Origin: Candidatus Heimdallarchaeota archaeon | Lineage (GTDB): Archaea; Asgardarchaeota; Heimdallarchaeia; JABLTI01 | Direction: 5' to 3' | Length of the DNA: 63,040 nucleotides | Assembly (NCBI GenBank): GCA_019058275.1 | Contig: JAHLVW010000057.1 | Span: 1-63,040, forward strand | Part shown: in pieces, positions 36,657-47,260 of the stretch | How the letters are laid out: the number at the start of each line of letters is the position of its first letter | Position numbering within the stretch: the stretch's first letter is position 1 | Made by a program: the position numbers and the translations under genes | Notes under the pieces: generated by a model | The model's database searches: none | What the model was told of the DNA's origin: nothing | Seen by the model: only the letters and a program-made list of their open reading frames with translations

Positions 36657-37574
36657 TTATTTTAATAAAACTCTTAAATTTCTTTTAAGAATAGGTAGGC
36701 AATATTTAACATATGAAGGGTGGTACATATCTAGCTTTTGTTCTATTGAATTCACAATCTCTTCTTCTCCTTTTCCTTCTAGGATTACCATTGTTTCTTC
36801 TTCAGTTAAATCCTCAAACCTTCTAGTATTCTTAATTGCAGTTTTGTTAGCTGGGCAATACTTTTGACATTTCATACAACCAATTAATGCATTGTGAGCA
36901 TCTGCTTCTATCCATGAAGGAAACTCTCCTTTAATTTCATTGTATAGTGTAATGCATTTCTCAACGTCAATGATAAAATCATCTTGAGAAATAGCTTGTG
37001 CAGGACATTTATTTATGCATATAGAGCACTTTTCGCATTCATCGAGCATTTTTGCTTCTTGAAAATTATCCTCATTAAAATCATAATCTGTATAGAAGCA
37101 AAATAGATTTACTAAGCTTCCTAATTCATCAACATAGCAAATATTATTTCTTCCATATTTTCCCAATCCACTTCTTGTAGCTAATAGCTTTAAATGTACA
37201 GTTCTAACCCTTTCTACTCTATATCCCGGTTCTTTTATTACATCATCTAAAATTGATTTAGTTATATCTTCTTCAGTTACTTCTGATGATAAGTAATTTT
37301 GAGGAATCATCACCTCATGTATGACTCCATTATAATGGAAGTTGACTAAAGCAACTTTGCTTTCTAATGCTAAAGCAATGACATATTTTGCTTCCTGAAA
37401 TTCATCTGGGAGTTGAAACTTAAAATTGCCAATATATCCTCTTAGTATTTTATTTTTACTTATTTTTCCCTTTTGATCCAATTCATCTATATCTTCTTGT
37501 AATTCTTGTAAATGTCTTATGGGCATTACTTTATATTTCACTTTTAGATTTTTTAGAGTCAATTCGTTAGACAT
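36657..37574 (-). CDS. QueG/reductive-dehalogenase-like 2x[4Fe-4S] protein
   Basis: KLLATRSGLGKYGRNN, CEKCSICINKCPAQAI, CITLYNE, GCMKCQKYCPAN. Confidence 0.8.
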   Translation of the reverse strand: MSNELTLKNLKVKYKVMPIRHLQELQEDIDELDQKGKISKNKILRGYIGNFKFQLPDEFQEAKYVIALALESKVALVNFHYNGVIHEVMIPQNYLSSEVTEEDITKSILDDVIKEPGYRVERVRTVHLKLLATRSGLGKYGRNNICYVDELGSLVNLFCFYTDYDFNEDNFQEAKMLDECEKCSICINKCPAQAISQDDFIIDVEKCITLYNEIKGEFPSWIEADAHNALIGCMKCQKYCPANKTAIKNTRRFEDLTEEETMVILEGKGEEEIVNSIEQKLDMYHPSYVKYCLPILKRNLRVLLK

Positions 37575-37892
37575 TGATTTTCACTACCTTTCCTGTTTAG
37601 ATATTTGAAATATCTTTTTCACAAGAGTTACTTATACTCTCTATTACTTATCAGTTAAATTTTTTCTCATGCATTCGAGACATCTTTCTTGATAGAATTA
37701 CATTAGTGAGAATCAAATAGGATTTTTTCTTCATTTTTTTTGTAAATATTATTTTTTTCACATAAATTTTGATCAGAATAATCGCATTACTAGCTATCTA
37801 CTTACTACTATTTGCTTGTATTTTCTCTATTTACAATATCTAAAAAAACAAATAAAAGATTTTAAAGCACGTTTGTAAACGAATATTATGTA

Positions 37893-38792
37893 GTGGTGAA
37901 CTCTGTGTCTAATGCTGACAAAGACGAATTAACTGATAATCAAAGTAATAACGAACAAGAAAAGGCTGCAATTGCAATTAAAATTGCCACTGAATTAACT
38001 GATGCTCCTGATATTGTTAGCGATGAATTAATTAGAACACATGAACTTAAAATGGAGACTGTGGAACTTTCACATTGGTATGCAGATAAACGAGTTCTTT
38101 CAGGTATATCTTTACCTATTTTCGAGAATCGAGTCACAGCTATTATTGGTCCATCTGGTTGTGGGAAATCAACTTTCTTACGAGATTTAAATCGAATGAA
38201 TGACTTAATTAGCATTTCACGTATTTCTGGGCAAGTTCTTCTAGATGGTCAAGATATTTATGATAAAAGTGTTGATACAGTAAAGTTACGAAAGAGGATT
38301 GGTATGGTCTTCCAAAAACCGAATCCTTTTGCTATGTCAATTGAGAATAATATTGCGTATGGACCATACGTTCATGGTGTAAAATCTGACGAATTTCCAA
38401 CAATAATTGAAAGTAGTTTAAGAAAATCTGCTTTATGGGATGAAGTAAAAAATCGTCTTGGTGATACTGCTTTATCATTATCAGGTGGACAACAACAACG
38501 CTTATGCATTGCAAGAGCTTTATCTGTTGAACCTGAAGTTATTTTATTTGATGAACCTTGTAGTTCCTTAGATCCTCATGCCACTGCAAAAATTGAGGAT
38601 CTTATTACAAAATTAAAAGAAGAATACACAGTTGTTATTGTTACACATAATATGCAACAAGCAGCTCGAGTTTCTGATTATACAGCATTCTTTAATTTAG
38701 GAGAATTAATTGAATTCAATCGAACAAAAACAATCTTTAGCGCTCCAGAACGTAAGATGACAGAGGAATATATTTCTGGAAGATTTGGATAA
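37893..38792 (+). CDS. pstB: Phosphate ABC transporter ATPase
   Basis: [50 protein letters not shown]. Confidence 0.96.
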   Translation: MVNSVSNADKDELTDNQSNNEQEKAAIAIKIATELTDAPDIVSDELIRTHELKMETVELSHWYADKRVLSGISLPIFENRVTAIIGPSGCGKSTFLRDLNRMNDLISISRISGQVLLDGQDIYDKSVDTVKLRKRIGMVFQKPNPFAMSIENNIAYGPYVHGVKSDEFPTIIESSLRKSALWDEVKNRLGDTALSLSGGQQQRLCIARALSVEPEVILFDEPCSSLDPHATAKIEDLITKLKEEYTVVIVTHNMQQAARVSDYTAFFNLGELIEFNRTKTIFSAPERKMTEEYISGRFG

Positions 38793-39516
38793 AAATAGCA
38801 ATATAGAAAATAGCTTGTATATAGGATGGATAGAAATGGATGATAAAAAAAAGTTTGGTGGAACTATTCGTTTTAAAGAATTAATGAACGAATTATCTGG
38901 GCATGTTTCCGATCTTTCAGAATTAGTTTCACGAATGATAGATAATGGTCTTATTGCACTTTTAGAAGATGATGAGAATTTATACAAAACCCTCCAAGAT
39001 GATCTTACTCTAGTCCATACAATCTTTGATGCCTTAGATGGATCTGCTATGAGTAGTCTTGCTTTACATCAACCATTTGCTAGTGATTTAAGGTACATAA
39101 TCTCGAGTATAAAAATTGGCAATGAAATTCATCGCTGTGCTCATGATGCGGTTCATATAGCTCATAGCTCTGAATTTGTTGATCGTAATAAAACAATGTT
39201 TAATGGTTGCATAAAAGATATTGGCGAATTAGGAAAATTAGCTCTAAAAATGTTCCATGAAAGTACACAAGCATTCATAAATAAAAAAGCACTAGATTTT
39301 AAAGAATGGCAAAAACTAGATGACAAAGTAGATCATCTCCATGAAGAGATTATCAATGATATTAACTCGATTATGGAAAAAAATCCTGAATGGGTAAGAG
39401 CTGGAGTTAGTCTAATTCTCGCTACAAGATATATTGAACGAATTGCTGACCATGCGTGCAATATTGTTGAAGAAAGCTCATATGTTGTTACAAGCAAAAG
39501 GGGAAAAATAGAATAA
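38785..39516 (+). CDS. phoU: Phosphate transport regulator PhoU
   Basis: [26 protein letters not shown]. Confidence 0.9.
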   Translation: MDKNSNIENSLYIGWIEMDDKKKFGGTIRFKELMNELSGHVSDLSELVSRMIDNGLIALLEDDENLYKTLQDDLTLVHTIFDALDGSAMSSLALHQPFASDLRYIISSIKIGNEIHRCAHDAVHIAHSSEFVDRNKTMFNGCIKDIGELGKLALKMFHESTQAFINKKALDFKEWQKLDDKVDHLHEEIINDINSIMEKNPEWVRAGVSLILATRYIERIADHACNIVEESSYVVTSKRGKIE

Positions 39517-39550
39517 GTTTTTAGTTAGTTCCAGTTTTTCCATTTTTCAG

Positions 39551-40552
39551 CTATTGCGTTCTATCAATTGCCATTTCTGCTATATCTGCCCCATATCCAC
39601 AGATTCGTTCAAGATCCCTTTCAACATGTTGAACTTGAATCTCAATATCTATATCCGAAGATCGTTCTCTTATCAATTTTCCAGTAGAGAGTTCATTTTG
39701 CAATTCATCGAAGATTTTTATCGCTTTAAATGCAAGATCGATTTTTAATCCCAAGAAACTCTGTATTGCTTGTGTGTGAACTTCCATTGCTTTATCAGAA
39801 TACTTCAATAGATATTTCTTAATATTTTCATCTATTATCTTACCATTAAGATTTATACAACAATAGGCTATGCTTTCACAATGATCAGCTATTTTTTCCA
39901 ATGATTTAGCTACAGGATAAATGTAAAGAACTTCATGAGGTTTCATATTGAGTTCTTTAAGTATTGTTGGGTTTTCAAGTGCAGAAGCAATTTCTCTTCG
40001 TATTAGAAAATATAATCTATCAACTGATGTTTCACGCTCAAAAATATCATTAGCGTTCTCTTTTTCTGAATTTACAAAAGATTCAATCGAAACCTTTTGC
40101 ATGTTTCTTGCAATTAAATGTGCTCTTCTTAGAGCTTTATCAATTGGAAATTCTCCATGTAATGCTAAATCCCTAATTTCTACTTCATTAGGATTCTCTG
40201 AAATGATCTCGCTGCCTATTAGATTAGCTACTGTTGAAGATATTAGTTTGCTAGTTTTTGGATCAATTTCTATGTTAGATTTAATAATGATTTTTGAATA
40301 TCCCGCTAAATATTTTGATATTATAATTTTATCAAGTATTGAATTATCCTTGATTTTCTCTAATTGTATTGTCACTTCTCGTTCTCTGGAAAAATTCAAT
40401 GATTCTTTAGAGATGATTAGAGTACCATCAGCTTGTTCCAAGATTGATAATTCATTGCCTTGTTCTAATTTCATTCGATCAATCCATTCTCTTGGAAGGC
40501 TAATAGTATATGTAGCTCTCCCTGTCAATTGTATTTTTCTTTTAATAGACAA
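39551..40552 (-). CDS. Archaeal phosphate uptake regulator (AbrB-like N-terminus + PhoU domains)
   Basis: RKIQLTGRATYTISLPREW, YLAGY, VDRLYFLI, LEKIADH. Confidence 0.9.
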   Translation of the reverse strand: MSIKRKIQLTGRATYTISLPREWIDRMKLEQGNELSILEQADGTLIISKESLNFSREREVTIQLEKIKDNSILDKIIISKYLAGYSKIIIKSNIEIDPKTSKLISSTVANLIGSEIISENPNEVEIRDLALHGEFPIDKALRRAHLIARNMQKVSIESFVNSEKENANDIFERETSVDRLYFLIRREIASALENPTILKELNMKPHEVLYIYPVAKSLEKIADHCESIAYCCINLNGKIIDENIKKYLLKYSDKAMEVHTQAIQSFLGLKIDLAFKAIKIFDELQNELSTGKLIRERSSDIDIEIQVQHVERDLERICGYGADIAEMAIDRTQ

Positions 40553-40715
40553 TTTTATTCCTCAAATTTTTTTTTTCCAATGAATATAAATTGATTTACC
40601 GTTTATAGTCATTAAAACCTATCTATTGTTAAAGATAATTATCTATATAGATGACATAATTTTATTAAAATGAAAATAGTCTATTAACATAATTATTAAT
40701 ACTAAATACTATTTT

Positions 40716-41651
40716 ATGGATGCTAAAAGTACGGTTGAATTTACTATGTCGTTTTCAAAGAAAAAGGATCGCTGGACTATTTTTCTTATAGTTATGATAC
40801 CAATTGCTGCTCTATCAGGTTGGTTTCTAGCAAAATCGGCATTAAATACAAATGAAACTTTTTATGTTAATATTGAAGGTTCAACTACTGTCTATAAAAT
40901 AATTGATAAATCATACAAAGCTTTTACTCTATATCATTCAGGAGTTATTATTACTGTTACAGGAACAGGAACTGGCTCTGGGATAACAGCTTTAATTGAT
41001 GGACAAACAGACATAGCTATGGCTTCTCGACCATTCAAAGATACAGAACAAACAAATGCCAATGGAGGTTTAATTGCTATCAGTATTGCTAAAGATGCAT
41101 TAGCAATCATTACTCATGCTTCAGCAACCCCAATTAATATGACGTTAGATGTAGCACGTGCAATTTTTAATGGTTCAATTACTGAATGGGAACATCCAGC
41201 AATAGCTGCTTCTGGTCTTTCTGGTACTATTCAAGTTGTTGTTAGAGAGTCAGGTTCTGGTACGAGAGATGCTTTTAACGAGCTTGTGATGGGTGATTCA
41301 AAACAGATTGAGAATGGAAGTGCATATGTAAGTAATGCCATACAAAAAAGTAGTAATCAACTCATTAAAGATGCTGTTGCTGCCAATCCAAATTACATTG
41401 GTTATCTAGGAATTGGTTATATTGATTCAGAAGTAAAAGCAGTTTCAATAAATGGAGTAAAACCAAATATTGAAAATGTTCTTAGTGGATTATATACAAT
41501 TCAAAGAGAATTATTTTTGATTACTTCTGGTGATCCAGAAGGTATGGTTAAAGAATTTATTAATTGGTCATTGAGTCCTGAAGGACAAGATATCGTTTTG
41601 GAAACTGGTTTCATTAATGTTGCACCAACGACTGATGACATTTACAATTAA
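40716..41651 (+). CDS. pstS: Phosphate-binding protein
   Basis: GSTTV, GTGSG, DIAMASR, RESGSGTR. Confidence 0.93.
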   Translation: MDAKSTVEFTMSFSKKKDRWTIFLIVMIPIAALSGWFLAKSALNTNETFYVNIEGSTTVYKIIDKSYKAFTLYHSGVIITVTGTGTGSGITALIDGQTDIAMASRPFKDTEQTNANGGLIAISIAKDALAIITHASATPINMTLDVARAIFNGSITEWEHPAIAASGLSGTIQVVVRESGSGTRDAFNELVMGDSKQIENGSAYVSNAIQKSSNQLIKDAVAANPNYIGYLGIGYIDSEVKAVSINGVKPNIENVLSGLYTIQRELFLITSGDPEGMVKEFINWSLSPEGQDIVLETGFINVAPTTDDIYN

Positions 41652-41665
41652 TTAGCAGGTTAATA

Positions 41666-42655
41666 TTGAGGGCACTAAAATTGAGTCAAGATACAAACTT
41701 TCTTGAGAAAACAATTAATGAGCAACAACCCAAGAGTGAAACCAGTTCAACTGAAAGTGAGATTCTTGAAATTGGCAAGCAAAAAATAAGTTGGCAAAAA
41801 ATCATCTTGATAATCTTTGCGAGTATTTCTGTCATTATTGTCATTCTTATTTTTGTATTCATTCTTATAAATGGCTTACAAATTATACCTGATTTTGGCT
41901 TATTCAAATTCCTTTTTGGTACAGATTGGAATCCTGAAGCCGATCAATATGGAATACTTCATGGAGTTGTAGGTACAATTATGGTTGTAACTATTGCTAT
42001 GGTAGTAGCTATACCCATTAGTATTTCATGTTCAATTTACATTGCTGAAATTGCTCCTCCTGTTGTTAGAAAAATACTAAAGCCAACTGTTGAATTATTA
42101 GCAAGTATACCCTCAGTAGTTTATGGTTTCTTTGGTTTGTTTACTTTAGTACCTGCTGTTAAATTTATTTTCAAATTACCAACTGGTGAGAATGCACTTT
42201 CTGGTGGTCTTATCTTAGCAATAATGGTTATTCCAACAATTGTTTCTATAACTGATGATGCAATAAAAGCAGTTCCAAAAACATATCGCGAAGGCTCTTT
42301 TGCTCTTGGTGCAACAAATTGGCAAACAATAAGAAAAGTCGTTTTGCCTGCAGCACTTTCAGGAATAACTACTGCTGTTATCTTAGCTTTTGGTAGAGCT
42401 ATAGGTGAAACAATGGCTGTTTTAATGGTAGCAGGTGGAGCTTCTCAGATACCTAAACCTTTTTTCAATATTTTAGTTCCAGTTGATCCTTTAACAGCTA
42501 TAATTGCAAGAGAACTTGGAGAAGCATCTCAAGGAGGTACTCAATTCCATGCTATTTTTGGCATAGCAATTGTTCTTTTCTTAATAACATTTACAGTAAA
42601 TCTTATCGGTGATTTGGCAATCAAACGTTTCACAAAGAAATTTAGAGGTGCATAA
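41666..42655 (+). CDS. pstC: Phosphate ABC permease
   Basis: ELLASIPSVVYG, ALGATNWQT, RAIGETMAV. Confidence 0.93.
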   Translation: MRALKLSQDTNFLEKTINEQQPKSETSSTESEILEIGKQKISWQKIILIIFASISVIIVILIFVFILINGLQIIPDFGLFKFLFGTDWNPEADQYGILHGVVGTIMVVTIAMVVAIPISISCSIYIAEIAPPVVRKILKPTVELLASIPSVVYGFFGLFTLVPAVKFIFKLPTGENALSGGLILAIMVIPTIVSITDDAIKAVPKTYREGSFALGATNWQTIRKVVLPAALSGITTAVILAFGRAIGETMAVLMVAGGASQIPKPFFNILVPVDPLTAIIARELGEASQGGTQFHAIFGIAIVLFLITFTVNLIGDLAIKRFTKKFRGA

Positions 42656-42659
42656 ATCA

Positions 42660-43619
42660 ATGGACAAATCGCAAAACAAACAATCAACAATAAAAGACAA
42701 CGATAAAACTGAATCCACTCAAAGTGAAATAACCTCATTTCAATCTGTTGATTTTGATGCCTTGCCAAAAAAACGACGTCTTATGCAACCCAAAATCTCT
42801 CAGAAACTAACCTTTATAATGCTTGCATCTTCTGCAGCATTTATTTTTCTAATACTCGTTTCATTTATCTTAATATTAGTAATAAATGGTTCGAGAGGAC
42901 TTTCATTCCAGCTTTTGTTTATGAAACCTGGTCCAGAAGTTGAATGGTCAATTAGACCTGCCATTATAGGTACGATTCTTCTTATCCTTGGAGCTGTGGG
43001 ACTTGCATTACCTTTAGGACTCGCTGCTGCAATATATCTAAATGAATATGCAAAAGGTGGTATTATTGTTACTATAATTAATCAAGGAATAAATAATCTT
43101 GCAGGAGTTCCATCAATAGTTTTTGGTATCTTTGGATATGCCTTTTTCGTTTTGGCACTAGGAATAGGAAAATCGTTGGTTGCTGCTTGGTTAACTTTAG
43201 CTTGTATGATTTTACCTACAATAATTCGAACATCTCAAGAAGCTTTGAAAACTGTACCTCCTGATTATAGAGATGGAAGCTTAGCTTTAGGAGCAACTAA
43301 ATGGCAAACAATTCGACATGTAATTTTACCAGCTGCATTACCAGGAATAACAACTGGTGTTATTCTTGCTTTAGGAAGAGCTGCAGGGGAAACTGCTGCA
43401 ATCTTATTTGTTGGAGTAGCTACTGGTGTTCCAGCTTTTAGTGGATTTCTTTCAAGATTTCCTGCAATACCTTTTGAGCTTTATATGATGGCAATCTCAG
43501 CTCCTTCATCCACAAGAAACATCCAATGGGCAATAGCTCTCGTTTTAGTTGTAATCGTTTTTGCGTTTAATCTCAGTGTGATAATTTTAAGAAATCGATC
43601 TGAAAAAGAAAAGCATTAG
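42660..43619 (+). CDS. pstA: Phosphate ABC permease
   Basis: AIYLNEY, LAGVPSIVFG, GRAAGETA; start moved to ATG 42660. Confidence 0.93.
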   Translation: MDKSQNKQSTIKDNDKTESTQSEITSFQSVDFDALPKKRRLMQPKISQKLTFIMLASSAAFIFLILVSFILILVINGSRGLSFQLLFMKPGPEVEWSIRPAIIGTILLILGAVGLALPLGLAAAIYLNEYAKGGIIVTIINQGINNLAGVPSIVFGIFGYAFFVLALGIGKSLVAAWLTLACMILPTIIRTSQEALKTVPPDYRDGSLALGATKWQTIRHVILPAALPGITTGVILALGRAAGETAAILFVGVATGVPAFSGFLSRFPAIPFELYMMAISAPSSTRNIQWAIALVLVVIVFAFNLSVIILRNRSEKEKH

Positions 43620-43631
43620 AAGAAATGAAAT

Positions 43632-44711
43632 CTATTTGGGATCTTTAACAGAACTTTCTTTTTGTCCAATTGTCTTAAAAGTTGGATTTGTGATTGTCAC
43701 CTTATTTGTTCTACCCCATCTTTCTCGCTTTAGAACTTTCTTTTCCTCTAACTTTGCAAGAATTTGGGAAACTTTTGATTTTGAATAACCTGTTTTATCG
43801 CAGATTCTTCTTTGAGTTGAAACTCCGCTATCCGTATTAATAGCCTTAATCACTTCTTGCTCTGTATCAGATAAAAGTGAACTTACTAATTCTGTTCCGG
43901 AAGGTTTAGCTTTTAAAGTATAGAAGAGATAAACAGCTAATAAACTAATAACTGCTCCACCTAGAAAAGCTAATGCAATATAAAGACCAAAAAGATTGAT
44001 TCTTCCTGGTTCTGCATCAATATTTATTGAATATCTAACAATAAAAACATCAGTTGTACTAATTGATAGATCTTCATAACTCCAAATGATTTTTACAAGA
44101 TTTTCTTCAATGTAGACATTTTTCGGAGTTGGGTAGGTAGGTGCTGGAATTCCATCTTCAATGAGTTGTCCATCAATTGGCAATACAATTATCAGATTGA
44201 ATTCTTTTGAATTCCTTGGATGAGTTACCTCAAAATCTAGCTCATAGTATTCAATTGGTTCATCTACTCTATATATAACATTGCGAAGATCATATGAAAT
44301 TGAGAAAACATAAGTTTCATCAAAAAGCAATGGATAACGCATTGTTATATTTATCTTGTTACCAATAGATGGTTCGATACTCCAAGTGAAAGGTAATGGT
44401 CCTAGAGGATCGTAGACATAAACTGAGCTGATATTCTTATTTATCTCGAAATCAAAATAATCCATTGGTAGTGAATCATTATTAATAACAACAAATGTAG
44501 AAATTACATGTAAGGAATTATCTTGTAAAACTTTTACTTCTAAATTATGTGTTAAGAGGGTTTCATTCTCATATGCTTGAGTTTGGAATTCAGTACTATT
44601 ATTACCTGAATAACTCACTGATTGACTGTCTCGAGTAATATGGTTATTTGTTACTATAATGAGAGAAGTAGCAACCAGTAACACAACAACTAGCGTTTTC
44701 GAACCCTTCAT
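43632..44711 (-). CDS. Membrane-anchored regulator: ectodomain + TM + C-terminal wHTH (copy 1)
   Basis: Signal peptide; LLSDTEQEVI...QRRICDKTGYSKSKVSQILAKLEEK.VLKRERWGRTNKV. Confidence 0.8.
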   Translation of the reverse strand: MKGSKTLVVVLLVATSLIIVTNNHITRDSQSVSYSGNNSTEFQTQAYENETLLTHNLEVKVLQDNSLHVISTFVVINNDSLPMDYFDFEINKNISSVYVYDPLGPLPFTWSIEPSIGNKINITMRYPLLFDETYVFSISYDLRNVIYRVDEPIEYYELDFEVTHPRNSKEFNLIIVLPIDGQLIEDGIPAPTYPTPKNVYIEENLVKIIWSYEDLSISTTDVFIVRYSINIDAEPGRINLFGLYIALAFLGGAVISLLAVYLFYTLKAKPSGTELVSSLLSDTEQEVIKAINTDSGVSTQRRICDKTGYSKSKVSQILAKLEEKKVLKRERWGRTNKVTITNPTFKTIGQKESSVKDPK

Positions 44712-44809
44712 TTACGCACACCAGATTGAATTACATTATATGTTATCTATTATATTAAAAAATGATGTTATTTTGGAAATAAACCAAAATCACACATTAG
44801 CTGAGATTC

Positions 44810-45829
44810 TTATTTTCTTTTCTTGTAATGAGTGACAATAAAAACTGTAGCAAGTATTCCACCGATTAATGGTAGGATATACAATGAAACCGTAAATGAT
44901 TCAGGATATATGCCTATCGAGGGATCATGTACAAGAGTAAGTGAATCACCATAATTTGGATAAGTTAACCAGTGATGAATCGTACCGGATTCTGCAGGTT
45001 CACCATGAGCTACACCTTGACTACTTTCCTCTAAAATAGTGTTACTAACATCTATTCTCGAAATAAAAACTGAATCATCATAGACATCAGCAAAAGTTGT
45101 CCATTCGTAATAAGCTACATGAGTTTTTCCGTGCTCTTCACTTTCATATTGCATTGTTCGAGTTCTATTTCCATTCTCTTCATCTGAACCATTTCTTACT
45201 CTTACTTGATGTCTTTTTTGTGATTCTAAGAGTAAGGCTTCTATACCTAAACCTTGAGCTCCTTCTGTAAACACCCAATTTTTAACAATGATATCAAATT
45301 TTACTTCTGCTAATCCATCTATTACTTGATCTGTTCCACTCAATAATTGATCAGATTCAAATATTTGCATTATAAATTGAATTTCTACATTATTAGCTAA
45401 ACCAGAAAGAGTTAGTGTGATTGTATAATCAGTATCACCTTCAACAATTTCTGTATCCCAGGTATATTCGTTTGATTGCAGATTATAACTGATACCGCCT
45501 ACAAGTTCAGATTTTGTATCCAAGAATTCATCATCACCGAAATATTCCTGGATAGAATTAAACTGCACATTATACATTTCATCTGCGGTACTTTGATTGC
45601 CATTCCACCAGATGAAATGAGGTTTGTCTTCTTTAATTTTCATAGTAATATATTCTGTAGTGATCGTAATTGCATCTTGGCCTTCTTTTACATCAATCTT
45701 ATCAGTTTTTGCTGAAACAAGCTGAGTTGTAACAGGTACTAATAAAAAAGTTATAAGCATAAATCCAATCATAATTTTTGTAATTGTTTTCATTTTTTTA
45801 ACCTCATATTTAATTTTTTTTAAGGTCAC
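44810..45829 (-). CDS. Secreted membrane-anchored beta-sandwich protein (copy 1)
   Basis: Signal peptide, KFDIIVKNW, LVHDPSIG before C-terminal TM. Confidence 0.7.
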   Translation of the reverse strand: MTLKKIKYEVKKMKTITKIMIGFMLITFLLVPVTTQLVSAKTDKIDVKEGQDAITITTEYITMKIKEDKPHFIWWNGNQSTADEMYNVQFNSIQEYFGDDEFLDTKSELVGGISYNLQSNEYTWDTEIVEGDTDYTITLTLSGLANNVEIQFIMQIFESDQLLSGTDQVIDGLAEVKFDIIVKNWVFTEGAQGLGIEALLLESQKRHQVRVRNGSDEENGNRTRTMQYESEEHGKTHVAYYEWTTFADVYDDSVFISRIDVSNTILEESSQGVAHGEPAESGTIHHWLTYPNYGDSLTLVHDPSIGIYPESFTVSLYILPLIGGILATVFIVTHYKKRK

Positions 45830-46017
45830 AAGATAACCTCAAGGATGAGAATTATTTTAACTTATTCTCAGTTTCCTTGATTAGTAATATAATCTTGACT
45901 AAATATCATATAGTATAAATTTAACTATAAATAATCTCTAGCAACGGTTAAATCAAGGTTTGTTAAACGTTTAAAATTCGTTTTTATTGTCGGATTTTTT
46001 AAAAATGGACAAATTCC

Positions 46018-47151
46018 TTAATCCAAATCATTAACACTCTTAGAATCTGATGAATCTTCTTCACTTTCAGCAAGTTCCAAATTAAGAAAGTTAGGATTAG
46101 TGATTTTTACTCTATTTGTTCTTCCCCACCTTTCTCGAATAAGGATGTTTTTCTCTTCCAATTTAAGTAAAACCTGTGATACTTTTGATTTTGAAAAACC
46201 TGTTTTCTCACATATTTTCCGTTGTATTGCCATTCCACCCTCTTCATTGATTGCATTTATAACATCTTGTTCTGATTGAGAGAGAAGGGAACTAACAAGC
46301 TCTGCTTTTACTGGTCCATACTTCTTTTTTATAACAAAATAGAAAACCAGTGAGCATAAAGCCACTCCAGCAAGAAAGGCTAATAATGTATAAATTGGGA
46401 TTCGGTTTATTGCTGGCGGATCTGTAATAAAAGTTCCAATTTTAAAATACCTAACAGCATAAGAAAACAAATCATTTACATCTAAATCTTCAAGCTTCCA
46501 GGAAATCTTCACATTATTATCTTCTGTATAAATCTTATCTGCACTTGGTGAAACAGGTCTAGGTGTTTGACCTTCTATCAAGTTGTGATTTACTGGGAGA
46601 ACCATTTCAAGCTTAAAATTATCTGTTTGACGTTTGTGACGAACTACGAAATCTAAACCAAAATAGTCTGAAGGTTCAGGAACATAATAGACTACTTCAT
46701 CCATTTCATAAGAAATCGAAAAAACGTAGATTTGTTCTTGTAACAAAGGATATCTCATTGTAATATTAATGATACTCGAATCACCTTTTATTTCCCATGA
46801 GAACTCTAAGGGACCTATTGGATCAAAGACAAAAACTGATTTGATTGTTTTATTTACTATGAATAAATAACTGCTTAATGGTTGTATATCGCTATACATT
46901 AAAACAAAGTTTGAGGTTACTTTTAGAGAATTATCAGTTCGGATTTTTACTTCCATGTTATGGTGCAATAGTGTCTCGTTTTCATATGGTTCATTTTTAC
47001 TGAGCAAATTATCTTTTGTAGTAAATGGACCTGCTTCTTGACATATGAAAGGCATTTCATTTTCACTACAATCCATCAAAGAAAAGTTAAACGTTAGAAG
47101 AATAATTGATGAGAGAATTATCAAAACACCAAAAATCCTTAATCTTCTCAT
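46018..47151 (-). CDS. Membrane-anchored regulator: ectodomain + TM + wHTH (copy 2)
   Basis: Colinear with 43632..44711 (YENETLL, DPIGPL, ITMRYPLL, RERWGRTN). Confidence 0.8.
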   Translation of the reverse strand: MRRLRIFGVLIILSSIILLTFNFSLMDCSENEMPFICQEAGPFTTKDNLLSKNEPYENETLLHHNMEVKIRTDNSLKVTSNFVLMYSDIQPLSSYLFIVNKTIKSVFVFDPIGPLEFSWEIKGDSSIINITMRYPLLQEQIYVFSISYEMDEVVYYVPEPSDYFGLDFVVRHKRQTDNFKLEMVLPVNHNLIEGQTPRPVSPSADKIYTEDNNVKISWKLEDLDVNDLFSYAVRYFKIGTFITDPPAINRIPIYTLLAFLAGVALCSLVFYFVIKKKYGPVKAELVSSLLSQSEQDVINAINEEGGMAIQRKICEKTGFSKSKVSQVLLKLEEKNILIRERWGRTNRVKITNPNFLNLELAESEEDSSDSKSVNDLD

Positions 47152-47260
47152 GTAATTACCTCTTCATATGTTCAATAGCGTACCCTATTCGAATGGATTC
47201 ATTTATTGTTATATCATACTCACTAAAAAATATAATGTGCGAAAAAAAGTTAGAAATACA

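Larger units (their letters stand above)
20222..37574. mobile_element. tRNA-Arg-associated genomic island (Cas1/Cas4 module, nucleases, cargo tRNA, TA cassette array)
   Basis: Bounded by and interspersed with tRNA fragments; mobile/defence gene content; visibly AT-richer than the flanks; no housekeeping genes. Confidence 0.7.

Noticed and set aside
20222-37574. Canonical CRISPR array or classical casposon
   Set aside because: No regularly spaced 25-40 bp repeat/spacer series and no family B polymerase visible in the window
39948-40583. 211-aa plus-strand ORF and the many other short antisense ORFs in the track
   Set aside because: Shadow frames overlapping well-supported genes, with no recognisable motifs
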